Virus record (IMG/VR): IMGVR_UViG_3300007352_000398
Origin: a virus
Length of the DNA: 64,000 bases
Strand: one strand, 5' to 3'
Positions 12,008 through 21,737 of the stretch are shown here, piece by piece. The stretch's first letter is position 1; every line of letters begins with the position of its first letter. Below the pieces are notes generated by a model, which was not told where the DNA came from, made no database searches, and worked only from the letters and a program-made list of their open reading frames with translations. A program made the translations under genes and the position numbers.

Positions 12008-14914
12008 CTAAGCTTCTTTATACTTCTTTACTTCTTTAAGAGACAATTCTAAATCATCGGCAATTTCTTGATCGGCTAATCCGAAAGCCGCTAATTCTTT
12101 CACAGCGCGAATTAGATTAGTTTTGGTTTCTGGGATTGGAATATCAGATAACCAATTACGAACTTTTCCAAGCGAAACGTCTAATTTTTTAGCAATATCA
12201 ATGTCCCAAAGTTGGTAGTTATTTCTCAGCATCATCGCTTGTTGACGTTTAGCTTTTTCCAATCTCACTGTCGCTTCGTCGATCAAATTTTTGATGATAA
12301 ATTTAACTCCCTTGCCAAGTTTAAAGTTAATATGTGGAATAATTGGTAATTCTTCAGCTTCTTCGGCGATAACTTTAGTTGACCCTGTGCATTGAGAGAC
12401 TTTTCCAACATTAATATTAGTGGTCAACCCAAGATTAAAAATTGAATCTAAGTCATCGTAGTTGCCCATAAAATCAAGCACTGTGACTTTAGTTTTCCCA
12501 ACTGCTAAACGCAAACCTCTGCCTAATTGTTGAATTACTTTAATAGGTGAGACTGTTTTGCGTAAAAATAAAATAGCTTCAACTTCTGGTATATTTACTC
12601 CCTCGTTAAAGAGATCAACTGTAAAAAGAATTTGAATCTCACCTCGTTGAAAAGCATTAATTTTCTGATGTCGAACTTTTTCAGTATCTCCCGAGTGAAT
12701 AAACTCTGCCTTAAAACCACGCGCATTTAACTGGACCTGAGAGGGGTCCTGAAAAATAGCGGCCATTTGTTCTGCGTGTTGTTTAGACCGACAGAAGCCA
12801 ATTGTTTGCTTATCACGTGCGTGTTCTATGAATTTTTCTAAAATTAAGCGATTTCTGCTGGGAATATCAAGTTTTTGGATTCGTGCTTTAGTTAATTTCT
12901 TTTGTGAAAAAATCTTAGAATAATCAGTTTTATCATCAAAGAGATAATAATCTGGCCAGGTTAAATAACCGCTCCAAATAGCTCGATTAAGATCCATTCG
13001 ATACAAAAAGTTATGTTGAAAAATATCCATCGGATCGTATTCATCGCTTCTAAAAGGAGTCGCTGAAAGCCCCAAAATATACTGACATCCCTTAGAAAAG
13101 TGCTCTAGAACTGGGGACCATGTTTTGGCCTGGTAATGATGAAATTCATCAACGATAATCAAAGAGAAATGATTGTCAGGCAAATCTAAAAAAATACGTT
13201 CATCGGAGAGAGTCTGAATTGTAGCAAAGACAACCTTCGATTTTAGATGTTCCTCGCGTGTTTTCATACCCTGGTATTGTTTAAATTGATTGGTTCGATA
13301 AACCAGTCCCACATCTGTTAAACGATAAAAAGTATTATCCAAAAAGGTCTTAATCGACTGATCTAACAATTCTTGTTGATGCGCTAAAAATAGTACGCGG
13401 CAGGTGTTGTGTCGAGATGGTTTACAATTTTTGATTGTATCCGCAATTTGGCTAGCAACCAACGTTTTACCAGTGCCAGTAGGTAAAACAACTACGCCCG
13501 CATGTTCTTTGGTTCTAATACTTTGCTCCCATGCTTTTAAAACAGCTACTTGTGGCGGAGATAGAAATAAACAATTGGGGTCAACCGCTTCACATAACTG
13601 TGGATGAGTAAATTCATTTCCAACAAATAGAACTCTAAAAATGGCATGAAGAGCAGTAACATTAAAGGGATGCAAAAAAATAGGCGGAATACTTATGTTC
13701 GTGCTTGGTTGATAGCCAAACTCTTCATCTACCAAAATTTGGTAGGCTCTCCGCGGAGTAACTACTTTAATACCATGTAGAATTTGTTGAACTTTACAAT
13801 ACTTAGAAATGAATGGATTAAATTTATCCAGCTCTTCAAGAAGAATAGAAGCATGTTTTTTGGCGGCCGGGGGATCGACCTCTGTAGCTGCTAAAAGATT
13901 CATAAACCCGTCAGCCATCTTGTATTCAGTAACATAACCTTGACTGGGCAATCGATTGATAGCTCGCCAGCGAGAAATATCAGCTGTTGCCATTTTAACG
14001 TCTTCGGCAATGTCTGCGTCTGATGTAACATTTCGCCAGAGATTTCTCATTTCAATTAGCTTATCTAAAGCAGCTATTCCTGGATAAGGCTGATCAGTAT
14101 CCTGGAAATTAGATAAGTGATATAGGAGCATCTCTTGTGGATTTTCACCAGATTCTGGAATATCGTGGTAAACATAACAGTGAAGATCAAAAGTTTTATA
14201 GGGAAAGGCGTATTTAAAAAGCTGCCAGTGTGCAATAATAGCCAAATCCATGGCCTTAGACCGACTGATGATTTTTCGATTTTCTCCTGCTCTTAGTTGT
14301 CGAAAATCATTAAGATAATAATCTTCGACTCCTAATTTTCTTGCTAATCCTTTTGGACCGATATCCTGAATAAACTTCTTCAGATTGTTAATTAAATTAT
14401 CCCGAGCAGTTCTAGCTCTGAAGGCAAAAGTAAAAAACAAATCAGCTGAATTAGTGAATTTAAAAGTGTCTCTTAGCCAGAATAAATCAGTATAGGTCAG
14501 ATTACCCACTAAATCAAACCAAGCGAAATCAAAAGGATCAGTTTGTTTAGAAAGGTAAGTATTAAAACTAGCTGGATGATATTCTATAGTTTCTCTGTTG
14601 GAAAACAGCTGTAATCTTAACGAATTTTCTTTAAACTGATGAAAATATTCAATATTTCGTTCAATTATTAACCAACTAGCTTTAGAAGTTGGAACTTGAT
14701 AATGTTTTAAAATTTGAATATCGCGTCCTGTGGTGCTAGGTAGAACCAACAAATGGTGTTTATTTTTGCTAGACGCTGTAGCGATTTGATGCCTCGAAAG
14801 TTCTTTTATCGGGCGATGTTCTGGGGACCAATCATAAAAGGAAATGTCGGCAGCCTCGAAAGCAGGAATTTTTAATTTTGAGTATTCCATCTGATTTAAA
14901 TCAGTAACTCGCAT
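12008..14914 (-). CDS. SF2 (ResIII/DEAH-like) helicase with N-terminal SAM-methyltransferase-like domain and C-terminal HTHs
   Basis: Walker A LPTGTGKT, Walker B VDEFHH, LSATP, VDLFNEGVNIP and QQLGRGLR. N-terminal LVLPS..GRD / WLIIERN / FDFAWFDLVG resembles a Rossmann MTase fold. C-terminal DIAKKLDVSLGKVRNWL and EIADDLELSLKEV are HTH-like. Confidence 0.85.
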   Translation of the reverse strand: MRVTDLNQMEYSKLKIPAFEAADISFYDWSPEHRPIKELSRHQIATASSKNKHHLLVLPSTTGRDIQILKHYQVPTSKASWLIIERNIEYFHQFKENSLRLQLFSNRETIEYHPASFNTYLSKQTDPFDFAWFDLVGNLTYTDLFWLRDTFKFTNSADLFFTFAFRARTARDNLINNLKKFIQDIGPKGLARKLGVEDYYLNDFRQLRAGENRKIISRSKAMDLAIIAHWQLFKYAFPYKTFDLHCYVYHDIPESGENPQEMLLYHLSNFQDTDQPYPGIAALDKLIEMRNLWRNVTSDADIAEDVKMATADISRWRAINRLPSQGYVTEYKMADGFMNLLAATEVDPPAAKKHASILLEELDKFNPFISKYCKVQQILHGIKVVTPRRAYQILVDEEFGYQPSTNISIPPIFLHPFNVTALHAIFRVLFVGNEFTHPQLCEAVDPNCLFLSPPQVAVLKAWEQSIRTKEHAGVVVLPTGTGKTLVASQIADTIKNCKPSRHNTCRVLFLAHQQELLDQSIKTFLDNTFYRLTDVGLVYRTNQFKQYQGMKTREEHLKSKVVFATIQTLSDERIFLDLPDNHFSLIIVDEFHHYQAKTWSPVLEHFSKGCQYILGLSATPFRSDEYDPMDIFQHNFLYRMDLNRAIWSGYLTWPDYYLFDDKTDYSKIFSQKKLTKARIQKLDIPSRNRLILEKFIEHARDKQTIGFCRSKQHAEQMAAIFQDPSQVQLNARGFKAEFIHSGDTEKVRHQKINAFQRGEIQILFTVDLFNEGVNIPEVEAILFLRKTVSPIKVIQQLGRGLRLAVGKTKVTVLDFMGNYDDLDSIFNLGLTTNINVGKVSQCTGSTKVIAEEAEELPIIPHINFKLGKGVKFIIKNLIDEATVRLEKAKRQQAMMLRNNYQLWDIDIAKKLDVSLGKVRNWLSDIPIPETKTNLIRAVKELAAFGLADQEIADDLELSLKEVKKYKEA

Positions 14915-14948
14915 ACTTTATTATACAATTCCTGTTTTCAGAAATTCT

Positions 14949-15473
14949 TCATTCGACAGAATCATTAGCTACAAAATAGACGGAAGTAGCATCGAAAGGT
15001 CCAAAGACCCAAAATCTAGGAGAAATTTCGAAACTGTCAAAGCTAAAACATTCGTGAATTATCGGATTTTCGTTCCATTCTTGAAGTGCTGAAGTATAAT
15101 CTTCCATTTCAATCAATTCTCTCATCTGTGCTACGGCCTCTCGAATAGCTTGGTCTTCCTCCGAGGCTGGCGGAGGGGGTATCGCCTCGATAATCGCGGT
15201 CACCATCAAATACGCATCTTTTTCCGAAAATGAAATCCATAATTTTAACTCCTCGCCTGCTTCTGAATCTGAACGATTCCACGGAGGAGCTTCTTCAACA
15301 GATAGGGCACCGGCTGTCGGCAACCATTCGACTGTAATCCAGAATTTATCTGCTATATTAGATGTATCAGTACCAACGATTCTTTCTAATGCTAATGCGT
15401 ATCTACGCCATGCATCGCTATCATTTGAGTGGAGGGCTGTGCGTCGTAATTGTCGAAGAAGAAAATCACTCAT
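14949..15473 (-). CDS. Hypothetical protein with shared N-terminal helical module
   Basis: MSDFLLRQLRRTA...WRRYALALERI; acidic C-terminal domain; TATAAT lies 5 nt upstream. Confidence 0.6.
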   Translation of the reverse strand: MSDFLLRQLRRTALHSNDSDAWRRYALALERIVGTDTSNIADKFWITVEWLPTAGALSVEEAPPWNRSDSEAGEELKLWISFSEKDAYLMVTAIIEAIPPPPASEEDQAIREAVAQMRELIEMEDYTSALQEWNENPIIHECFSFDSFEISPRFWVFGPFDATSVYFVANDSVE

Positions 15474-15550
15474 ATTTTATTATACTACATTTTATTGTAG
15501 AGTGAATAACGTCAGTAATCCTTTACTAGTTACAATATACTGTATTATAC

Positions 15551-16441
15551 TCACTGCGAAAAGGTTTTACATATCCGAGAAACAGTCGCCCGATTTACGT
15601 CTAATTTTTTTGCGATTTTTTTAAATGAAATCTTTTTTCTGTGCATACTTAGTATTTGTTTTTTAAGTGCTTTTGTTAGTCTCTTACCTGGCCCCTGTTT
15701 TACGCGGACACCCCCCAAACCCGCCGACTTTAACCATCTAATAACAGTATTTTGAGAAAATAACGTTTTTCTAGCCAGTTCTGAGCTACTCATATGTTTA
15801 TTTTTTCGTGCAAGAAATAGCACGTCTGCTTTAGTATATTTTTTTCTCTGCGGTAATCTTCTTTTGGCCTTAGCGGTAGCAGAAGTAAAAAATCCTGGGC
15901 ACCATCTGCGTACGGTCGCAAGAGAGACTTGTAATTTATTAGCAATAGTTACAGATGAGTAGCCTTGTTTACACAATTTGATAGCAATTTGTTTCTTTGG
16001 ATCCGAAGGTCGTCCGCGCGGACGAGGAAATTGGTAACACCAGTTTTTAATTGTATTAAAAGAAACTTTAAGTTTATTTGCAATTTTTGTATATGTTAAT
16101 GTTGTATTCTTACATAGTTTAAGAGCTTTTTTCTTAATCTTCAATATAGTGTTCGACTTTTTTTTAGTTATTTTGTTTGGCTTTTTAGTTATTTTTGCTC
16201 GACATCTTGGACATTTTTTATAAGGTCTACCAGGTTTTCCCAGTCTAAAGCTAAATTCTTTTCCGCATGCACATTTTATTTTTGATTTTATATTTGCCAG
16301 TAATTGCAATGCCTGATTTTTAGAGATATCTAATTTATCAGCAACTATTATAACATTTCTATGTTTTAGATACAATCGTTTTGCTTTAGCAAACAATACC
16401 TTAGTTTCTAAGTCACGATAATTGCGTTCATAGCGTGCCAC
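15551..16441 (-). CDS. Multi-HTH DNA-binding protein with Zn ribbon (start revised to GTG 16441)
   Basis: The N-terminal module (ERNYRDLETKVLFAKAKRLY) is homologous to type A of 8887..11994, followed by CACG...CPRC and four HTHs. TATAAT lies 6 nt before GTG. Confidence 0.75.
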   Translation of the reverse strand: MARYERNYRDLETKVLFAKAKRLYLKHRNVIIVADKLDISKNQALQLLANIKSKIKCACGKEFSFRLGKPGRPYKKCPRCRAKITKKPNKITKKKSNTILKIKKKALKLCKNTTLTYTKIANKLKVSFNTIKNWCYQFPRPRGRPSDPKKQIAIKLCKQGYSSVTIANKLQVSLATVRRWCPGFFTSATAKAKRRLPQRKKYTKADVLFLARKNKHMSSSELARKTLFSQNTVIRWLKSAGLGGVRVKQGPGKRLTKALKKQILSMHRKKISFKKIAKKLDVNRATVSRICKTFSQ

Positions 16442-16530
16442 AATAATATTATATATTAAGATCAACACCTCGCATACTATTATACAATCACTGTTTAAAA
16501 ATAGTTCTCATACTAATGATCGATTCTGCC

Positions 16531-17229
16531 CTAGCCTCCCTTCTTTTGACAAGTAATCATATAAAAGGGAGGGGGATTTCCGCCGGGATAAGAATAATTT
16601 AGAATATTAAATTTTTCTTGTAATGCTGCGTCTAAGTTAATATTTCCAGTAATCACCAATATAAAAATTCCATTGTTTTTCAAAAGGGCAGACACGACAG
16701 AAATATTGTCTCTAAGATTTTGTCTATCAAACCAGAAAAAGGATCCGTTAGAAATAGCGACATTAAAAGAGTCTCCTCTCAAAAAAGATGAAAGTTCTCG
16801 ATGACTACTTCTAAGAAATGAGATATTATTTAGCCCAAGCCTCACTGCACGATCCTGCGCGATTTTTAGCATTTTTTCAGAAATATCAGTTGCAATAAAT
16901 TGTGAATTTGGAAAGTGTGTAGCTAAAAAACAAGTATCCAGTCCAATACCACATCCCAAATCCAATATTTCGCTATGTGGATTAGTATCTTGTAATTCTG
17001 TGCATACTTTAGCTAAAACTGCTCCATGTATTGCTGGTTTAAATAGAAACCTAAAATATAATGGGGCTAGACGATCATATAAATCTCTTAATTCTCCTTC
17101 TGTTTTCCATTCTTCTGCATAAATAGCTATCGCTTTTCGTTTATCAGATTTAGGTCTTTTTGGCTCAAAACCTTTTTCCTTTTGATAAAAATTTTGAATT
17201 AATCGGTAATAATCTTGGTATGAATGCAT
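16531..17229 (-). CDS. Class I SAM-dependent methyltransferase
   Basis: ILDLGCGIG, TDISEKML and FNVAISNGSF motifs. Confidence 0.85.
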   Translation of the reverse strand: MHSYQDYYRLIQNFYQKEKGFEPKRPKSDKRKAIAIYAEEWKTEGELRDLYDRLAPLYFRFLFKPAIHGAVLAKVCTELQDTNPHSEILDLGCGIGLDTCFLATHFPNSQFIATDISEKMLKIAQDRAVRLGLNNISFLRSSHRELSSFLRGDSFNVAISNGSFFWFDRQNLRDNISVVSALLKNNGIFILVITGNINLDAALQEKFNILNYSYPGGNPPPFYMITCQKKGG

Positions 17230-17366
17230 GATACATAAAGGATATCAAATAACTCTGATTGGTAAATTCCAACGTCGCATATCCAACCCCTCAAATAAAC
17301 TTCAACTCATCATTCGTCATATTAGTTTTCCTACAAGGTTTCCTCTATTCATATTATCTCATTCAT

Positions 17367-18329
17367 CTATTTTACATCTAATGTTGCATACCCAATACCA
17401 GTCTCACCAAAATTATTGCCATTGTAAAACATGTACAGCATATCGTCGTGTGGCACAACATGCGGATAGCACATCATCGTCGAATCAAAAGCATCCTCGG
17501 CAGAAATCACTAAATTAACACACTCATCTTTTCGAACCCATGGTAATAAATCATTCGCTGCTTCAGCGTAACCAATTCGATATGAGTTATCAGGGTTTGT
17601 TCGAAAATCTGTTTTTTTTCGATAAGAATACCACATTCTAGATTTTTTCACTAATGCAGGGGGATGATCGACAGTTAAAAGGACAGACGCTCGAACAATG
17701 CCGCCTTCATCATCGCGTAACTTAATAATGCTCATCGGATCACTCCAATGCGTTTCTCCGTCGGGAGACACCCTATATTTGATGTCATACATTGGTTCAG
17801 GTGGGTTAGTGTCAGTCCAACCCACAGCTGACATATACCAAAGACGAAACATTCCGTTGAAATACTCGACGCATGAAGTGCCAGTAAAGAACGGTTCGTT
17901 AATGTCAGTGCTTAATACTGGGCCCGGTGAACCACCATGCACAGGTCGTGCTTTTTTAAAAGTTTCTCCACCATCATAACTAATGGCTAATCCAATAGAA
18001 TTTTGATAAGGGACATCCTTGCGTTGAGCCCATCCAATATAATAAAGCCAGACCTGCTCCCTTGTTGGATGTTCCATAACCCAAGATGGCATAATTCCGG
18101 ATTGATCAAATGCTCCTAACTCTCCCCACGGTAATACAGATTCTTTGTGCTCATACAAAATATTCTTTGGATTACCAGCCTCTACGTCAATATAACGAAT
18201 AAAACTTTTATTTTCTAAACGATCGGCAAAGAATATTCGCCAAACTTTTTCTGATTTTTTAAATACTGTTGGAACTTGAGCGCGTGTTGTATATATTTGT
18301 CCTTGTTTTATCCAATTTTGATTATTCAT
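17367..18329 (-). CDS. GH32/GH43-like beta-propeller protein of glycan biosynthesis clusters
   Basis: PWGELGAFDQSGIMP, WLYYIGW, SIGLAIS.DGG.TF, FRLWYMS, YRIGYAE and YMFYNGN.FG.TGIGYA repeats. Confidence 0.65.
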   Translation of the reverse strand: MNNQNWIKQGQIYTTRAQVPTVFKKSEKVWRIFFADRLENKSFIRYIDVEAGNPKNILYEHKESVLPWGELGAFDQSGIMPSWVMEHPTREQVWLYYIGWAQRKDVPYQNSIGLAISYDGGETFKKARPVHGGSPGPVLSTDINEPFFTGTSCVEYFNGMFRLWYMSAVGWTDTNPPEPMYDIKYRVSPDGETHWSDPMSIIKLRDDEGGIVRASVLLTVDHPPALVKKSRMWYSYRKKTDFRTNPDNSYRIGYAEAANDLLPWVRKDECVNLVISAEDAFDSTMMCYPHVVPHDDMLYMFYNGNNFGETGIGYATLDVK

Positions 18330-18359
18330 TTAGGTAGTTCTTTATTCATATTATGGATA

Positions 18360-19028
18360 TTATGGATTTAGATCCATCGATGATTTGTTTTCTATTAATT
18401 TAGCAGGCAACCCCATATACGCTTTCCAAGCTTCAGTATCTTTTGTCACACAAGCTCCCATTGAAACTAAGGTGCCTTCAGCTATTTTTAGCCCATCTCT
18501 GATGGTTGAATTTACCCCAAACCAACTGTAAGGCTCAACAATACAATGTCCCGACAAAACCACATGAGAAGTGAAAAAAACATTATCATGAATAACAGAA
18601 TGATGCCCGATGTGGTTTCCGCTCCACATCGTCACATTATTACCAATGCGAACATAAGGTTGTATTGTATTGTCCTCTAGAATAAAACAATTCTCACCAA
18701 CCTTGGTATCAAAAATAGTGGCTTTAGAGCTAACATAAGAGATAAATTGATATCCTTTTTGCTTCGCTGCTAAGTACACTTCCTCACGAAACTGATTCAT
18801 CTTGGAACCAGTAATAGGTGCAAAGAATTTATATTCTTTCGGGCTATAGATCTCGTCAACTCTTTCAAATGGGACAATAGGCACTCCCATAAAAGTTTGT
18901 TCATCTGATAAATATGCTTGATGTGCTGTAAAAGCAGCAACCTCGTAAATATCATCATGCTCTAAATAGTACTTAGCAAGCTGTGCTAAGTCACGCAAAC
19001 CAAAAATAATAACTTTAGGAGCCGCCAT
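18360..19028 (-). CDS. Sugar O/N-acetyltransferase (NeuD/PglD-like hexapeptide repeat)
   Basis: Left-handed beta-helix repeats (IGNNVTMWSGNHIGHHSVIHDNVF) and the N-terminal IIFG Rossmann-like segment. Confidence 0.85.
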   Translation of the reverse strand: MAAPKVIIFGLRDLAQLAKYYLEHDDIYEVAAFTAHQAYLSDEQTFMGVPIVPFERVDEIYSPKEYKFFAPITGSKMNQFREEVYLAAKQKGYQFISYVSSKATIFDTKVGENCFILEDNTIQPYVRIGNNVTMWSGNHIGHHSVIHDNVFFTSHVVLSGHCIVEPYSWFGVNSTIRDGLKIAEGTLVSMGACVTKDTEAWKAYMGLPAKLIENKSSMDLNP

Positions 19029-19735
19029 TACACTAATGTATATGCGGAGACTAATTTATGTAAAGTTTGGGGTTCACAAAACATTAGTGCATCAATAATA
19101 CTCAGACCTGGGACAAAGGCATTTTCAAATTGTTTATATGGAAGTAGCTCTGGTTTGATAAAAAATAAATTGATACCCTGCGCCTTAAATGATTCCTTAG
19201 TGTACAAACTTTGACCACCAACAGCATTAATATAAGTGCCATCATATTCCTTTTTACAGATATCTATTAATCGGTGTTCTTTACGCAGATTATGATTACC
19301 ATATGTACTACTGTTTATAAAATCAGGCCAAATACCAAGATAAGGGCTCAAAAATTTAATAGATGTCTCTGCTAACTTTGCAATCGAATCCCCCGGTTTA
19401 GCTTGATCTAATATGTGTTTCATCATGTTAAGAGTTATCTCATAAAAAGGAGCCTTTGCATATATTGTATGAAGCGTTTTATAAAAGTTGTCTTTCCAAA
19501 CAGGAAAGGTTTCGTGTAAATAATGATCTAGAATTGTTCTATTCTGGCTAACATTTGCAAGTGGGATAGTAAATAGTGAGTCGTTGCCGTTAGTGTCCAA
19601 TATTCTATTTCTGTTAATCCATCCCTTTTTAATAAATGAAACATCTTCTAAGAACACAAATTTAGTTGAAGCATGTATGAGTTGAAAGTACCCTATGTAT
19701 GGAAATACATAGGGTTGATTAACAGCGATCGTCAT
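19028..19735 (-). CDS. wbqC: WbqC-like protein
   Basis: QPYVFPYIGYFQLI, WINRNRI, YAKAPFY, YINAVGG and GLSIIDALM. Confidence 0.9.
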   Translation of the reverse strand: MTIAVNQPYVFPYIGYFQLIHASTKFVFLEDVSFIKKGWINRNRILDTNGNDSLFTIPLANVSQNRTILDHYLHETFPVWKDNFYKTLHTIYAKAPFYEITLNMMKHILDQAKPGDSIAKLAETSIKFLSPYLGIWPDFINSSTYGNHNLRKEHRLIDICKKEYDGTYINAVGGQSLYTKESFKAQGINLFFIKPELLPYKQFENAFVPGLSIIDALMFCEPQTLHKLVSAYTLV

Positions 19736-21735
19736 TTTTCGTCTTTAGAAATAGGTTTATAAATATATGGATTTGGATATTTTCGTGTAATAAAATCTTC
19801 ATCATTTAAATCGTTATATCTAAAATGTGCGGACCACCGCACTGAATCAGTGATGTTATTACCAGATCGGTGAACCAAATACGTCGAAAAAATTAATATA
19901 TCTCCCACGTCTAACTCTACATCTAGAAAATCCGCGTCTTTACAACCGTCAACTAATCCAAACCCCTCTTCTGCGTAATTGGCTAGTATCCCATTTGTAT
20001 GACTTCGAGGAATAATCTGTAAGGCACCTAACTCTTTAGTCACGTTTATTAATGGTAGCCATACCACAACAGAGTTAACAGAACCTTGAGTGCTATAAAT
20101 ATCCTGATGTGGGGGTATAGTATGATAAATATCCTTAGTTGCTAAATGTTTTGAATTAAAAAAAACAGTCGGTCTAGTTGAAATATTAGGAAATTCCAAG
20201 CCCAGATCTTTTAATTTTCTCACCAACTTACCGTGTACACCTAAACGGTGTAACGATACCAAATGTTGAACTTGCTTTCCACAATTTATAAAACATGTAA
20301 TATCATCTCGAAATAAGCTAAATAAATTTTTTTCAAAATTCTCGTCACCCAAAATATAATTTTTACATTGAAATTGATTTTCGAATATTCTCTTAGCATC
20401 TGTATAAATTTTATTTATACGTTCCTTACTAAAGAAATTTTTAATAATCAAATATCCAGCTTCTTTAAGTAACTTTTGCTCATAATCTTTTTCAAACTCC
20501 CATTTGTAATTTTTATACATCCTTGTCTTTCCTTTGCATGCTAAACTTATACCTCCTCGTTCAAAATTTAATTTCTGTGTAATTTCAGTAATAGATTGCC
20601 ATCTTTTAATAAGAGTTCCATCTAACTTTAACTGAACAACTGCCTTGGTGTTTGCGACACTAAAAGCAGCTTTGATGTCAAACCCATCATTCAATTGAAA
20701 ATTTTTATATCTAATTCCGGTAATTAAACCATGAATTGTAGCTGAATCTACTCTATATTTTTGAGCAAAATCGTTTTCTAATTCAGCTAGACAAGCATAC
20801 TCAGACAAATCCAATTGTCTAATTTCTTGTAAAATTTGCGTAGCAACTTGTGCTGATAAGTGACTATTATTACTATAGGCGACAGCGTCATTGCCATTTG
20901 AACTCATATCTCCTTCAAAAAGATGATCTGGATTTACATCGTTAATAGCAGGTTTGTCAAAAAAATATGGAGAATTCTCAGGAAATCGATGGCACGTAAC
21001 TCCCACATCTTCATATTTTTTTCCTAATTTATTTGCGAGTATCAATTTTGCCAAAGTATAAATTTTTTCATTTATTCTAATTCGTGGGTAACTACGTCTA
21101 GAAGAATTTGTTGGGTACAACCATTCTTCTTTTTCTGAGATAAAAATTCTTTTTTGAACTAATCCTAATAAAGCTGGATAATCATAGGGATCTTTCAATC
21201 TAAAATTATCTAAGATTCTTTTTTCACCTATTTTTACCCTTCCTCTACTCTGCATATCATCAGAATTATCTTTTTTAGTTCCTTGCCGTAAATGTTTTGG
21301 GTTAAAACATTTCTCATTGTCACAACTATGCAGTACACATAAATTCGGTTTCAACTTTTCTACAAATAATTCATAAACAACGCGGGCTAATAAAAATGTA
21401 CGTCCTTTATATCGAATTTGAGGTCTACCATCTAGGTTAGCTTTTATATTATTAGTAGTCCAACAACCATTTTCATCGATTTCAGCTATGTTTTCAATAT
21501 GCTTTTTAAGATCATCATCGGTCATACCAGATTCCCGTGACACCGGATTTCCGCTTAGAATATTTAATTCTCGAATTCCACCAAATAATAATTTGACTGT
21601 ATCTTTTGATATCCCATATTGTATCAGATCTTTATTAGTAAGTGCTTTTCCAGTTCTAAAAAAAATAGTTTTAGCTAAAGTAATTAATACTTCCTTTTGT
21701 TCATTAATTTCACTAGAATTCACTTCAGACGACAT
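19732..21735 (-). CDS. HNH homing endonuclease (2 HNH + NUMOD-like) fused in frame to PhyH-family 2OG/Fe(II) dioxygenase
   Basis: VLHSCDNEKCFNPKHL, then DVNPDHL and YKNYKWEF; followed by GYLIIKNFF, PPHQD, VVWLPL, GDILIFSTYLVHRS and RWSAHFRY. Confidence 0.85.
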   Translation of the reverse strand: MSSEVNSSEINEQKEVLITLAKTIFFRTGKALTNKDLIQYGISKDTVKLLFGGIRELNILSGNPVSRESGMTDDDLKKHIENIAEIDENGCWTTNNIKANLDGRPQIRYKGRTFLLARVVYELFVEKLKPNLCVLHSCDNEKCFNPKHLRQGTKKDNSDDMQSRGRVKIGEKRILDNFRLKDPYDYPALLGLVQKRIFISEKEEWLYPTNSSRRSYPRIRINEKIYTLAKLILANKLGKKYEDVGVTCHRFPENSPYFFDKPAINDVNPDHLFEGDMSSNGNDAVAYSNNSHLSAQVATQILQEIRQLDLSEYACLAELENDFAQKYRVDSATIHGLITGIRYKNFQLNDGFDIKAAFSVANTKAVVQLKLDGTLIKRWQSITEITQKLNFERGGISLACKGKTRMYKNYKWEFEKDYEQKLLKEAGYLIIKNFFSKERINKIYTDAKRIFENQFQCKNYILGDENFEKNLFSLFRDDITCFINCGKQVQHLVSLHRLGVHGKLVRKLKDLGLEFPNISTRPTVFFNSKHLATKDIYHTIPPHQDIYSTQGSVNSVVVWLPLINVTKELGALQIIPRSHTNGILANYAEEGFGLVDGCKDADFLDVELDVGDILIFSTYLVHRSGNNITDSVRWSAHFRYNDLNDEDFITRKYPNPYIYKPISKDEK

Positions 21736-21737
21736 GT

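Noticed and set aside
12008-14914. Intein in the helicase (long N-terminal region) or in HNH-PhyH
   Set aside because: No Cys/Ser-start or His-Asn-end splicing motifs and no LAGLIDADG blocks; the extra sequence lies outside the motor domain.
17228-17518. 96-aa plus-strand ORF in the glycan cluster
   Set aside because: Antisense to the operon and overlapping the GH32-like gene; no recognisable features.
21690-21735. Idea that MSSEVNSSEINEQK is the original PhyH N-terminus duplicated around an HNH insertion (EQK at both ends)
   Set aside because: The free-standing HNH paralog also begins with a matching segment (…SLNKEEQKKYLI), so this N-terminus belongs to the endonuclease.
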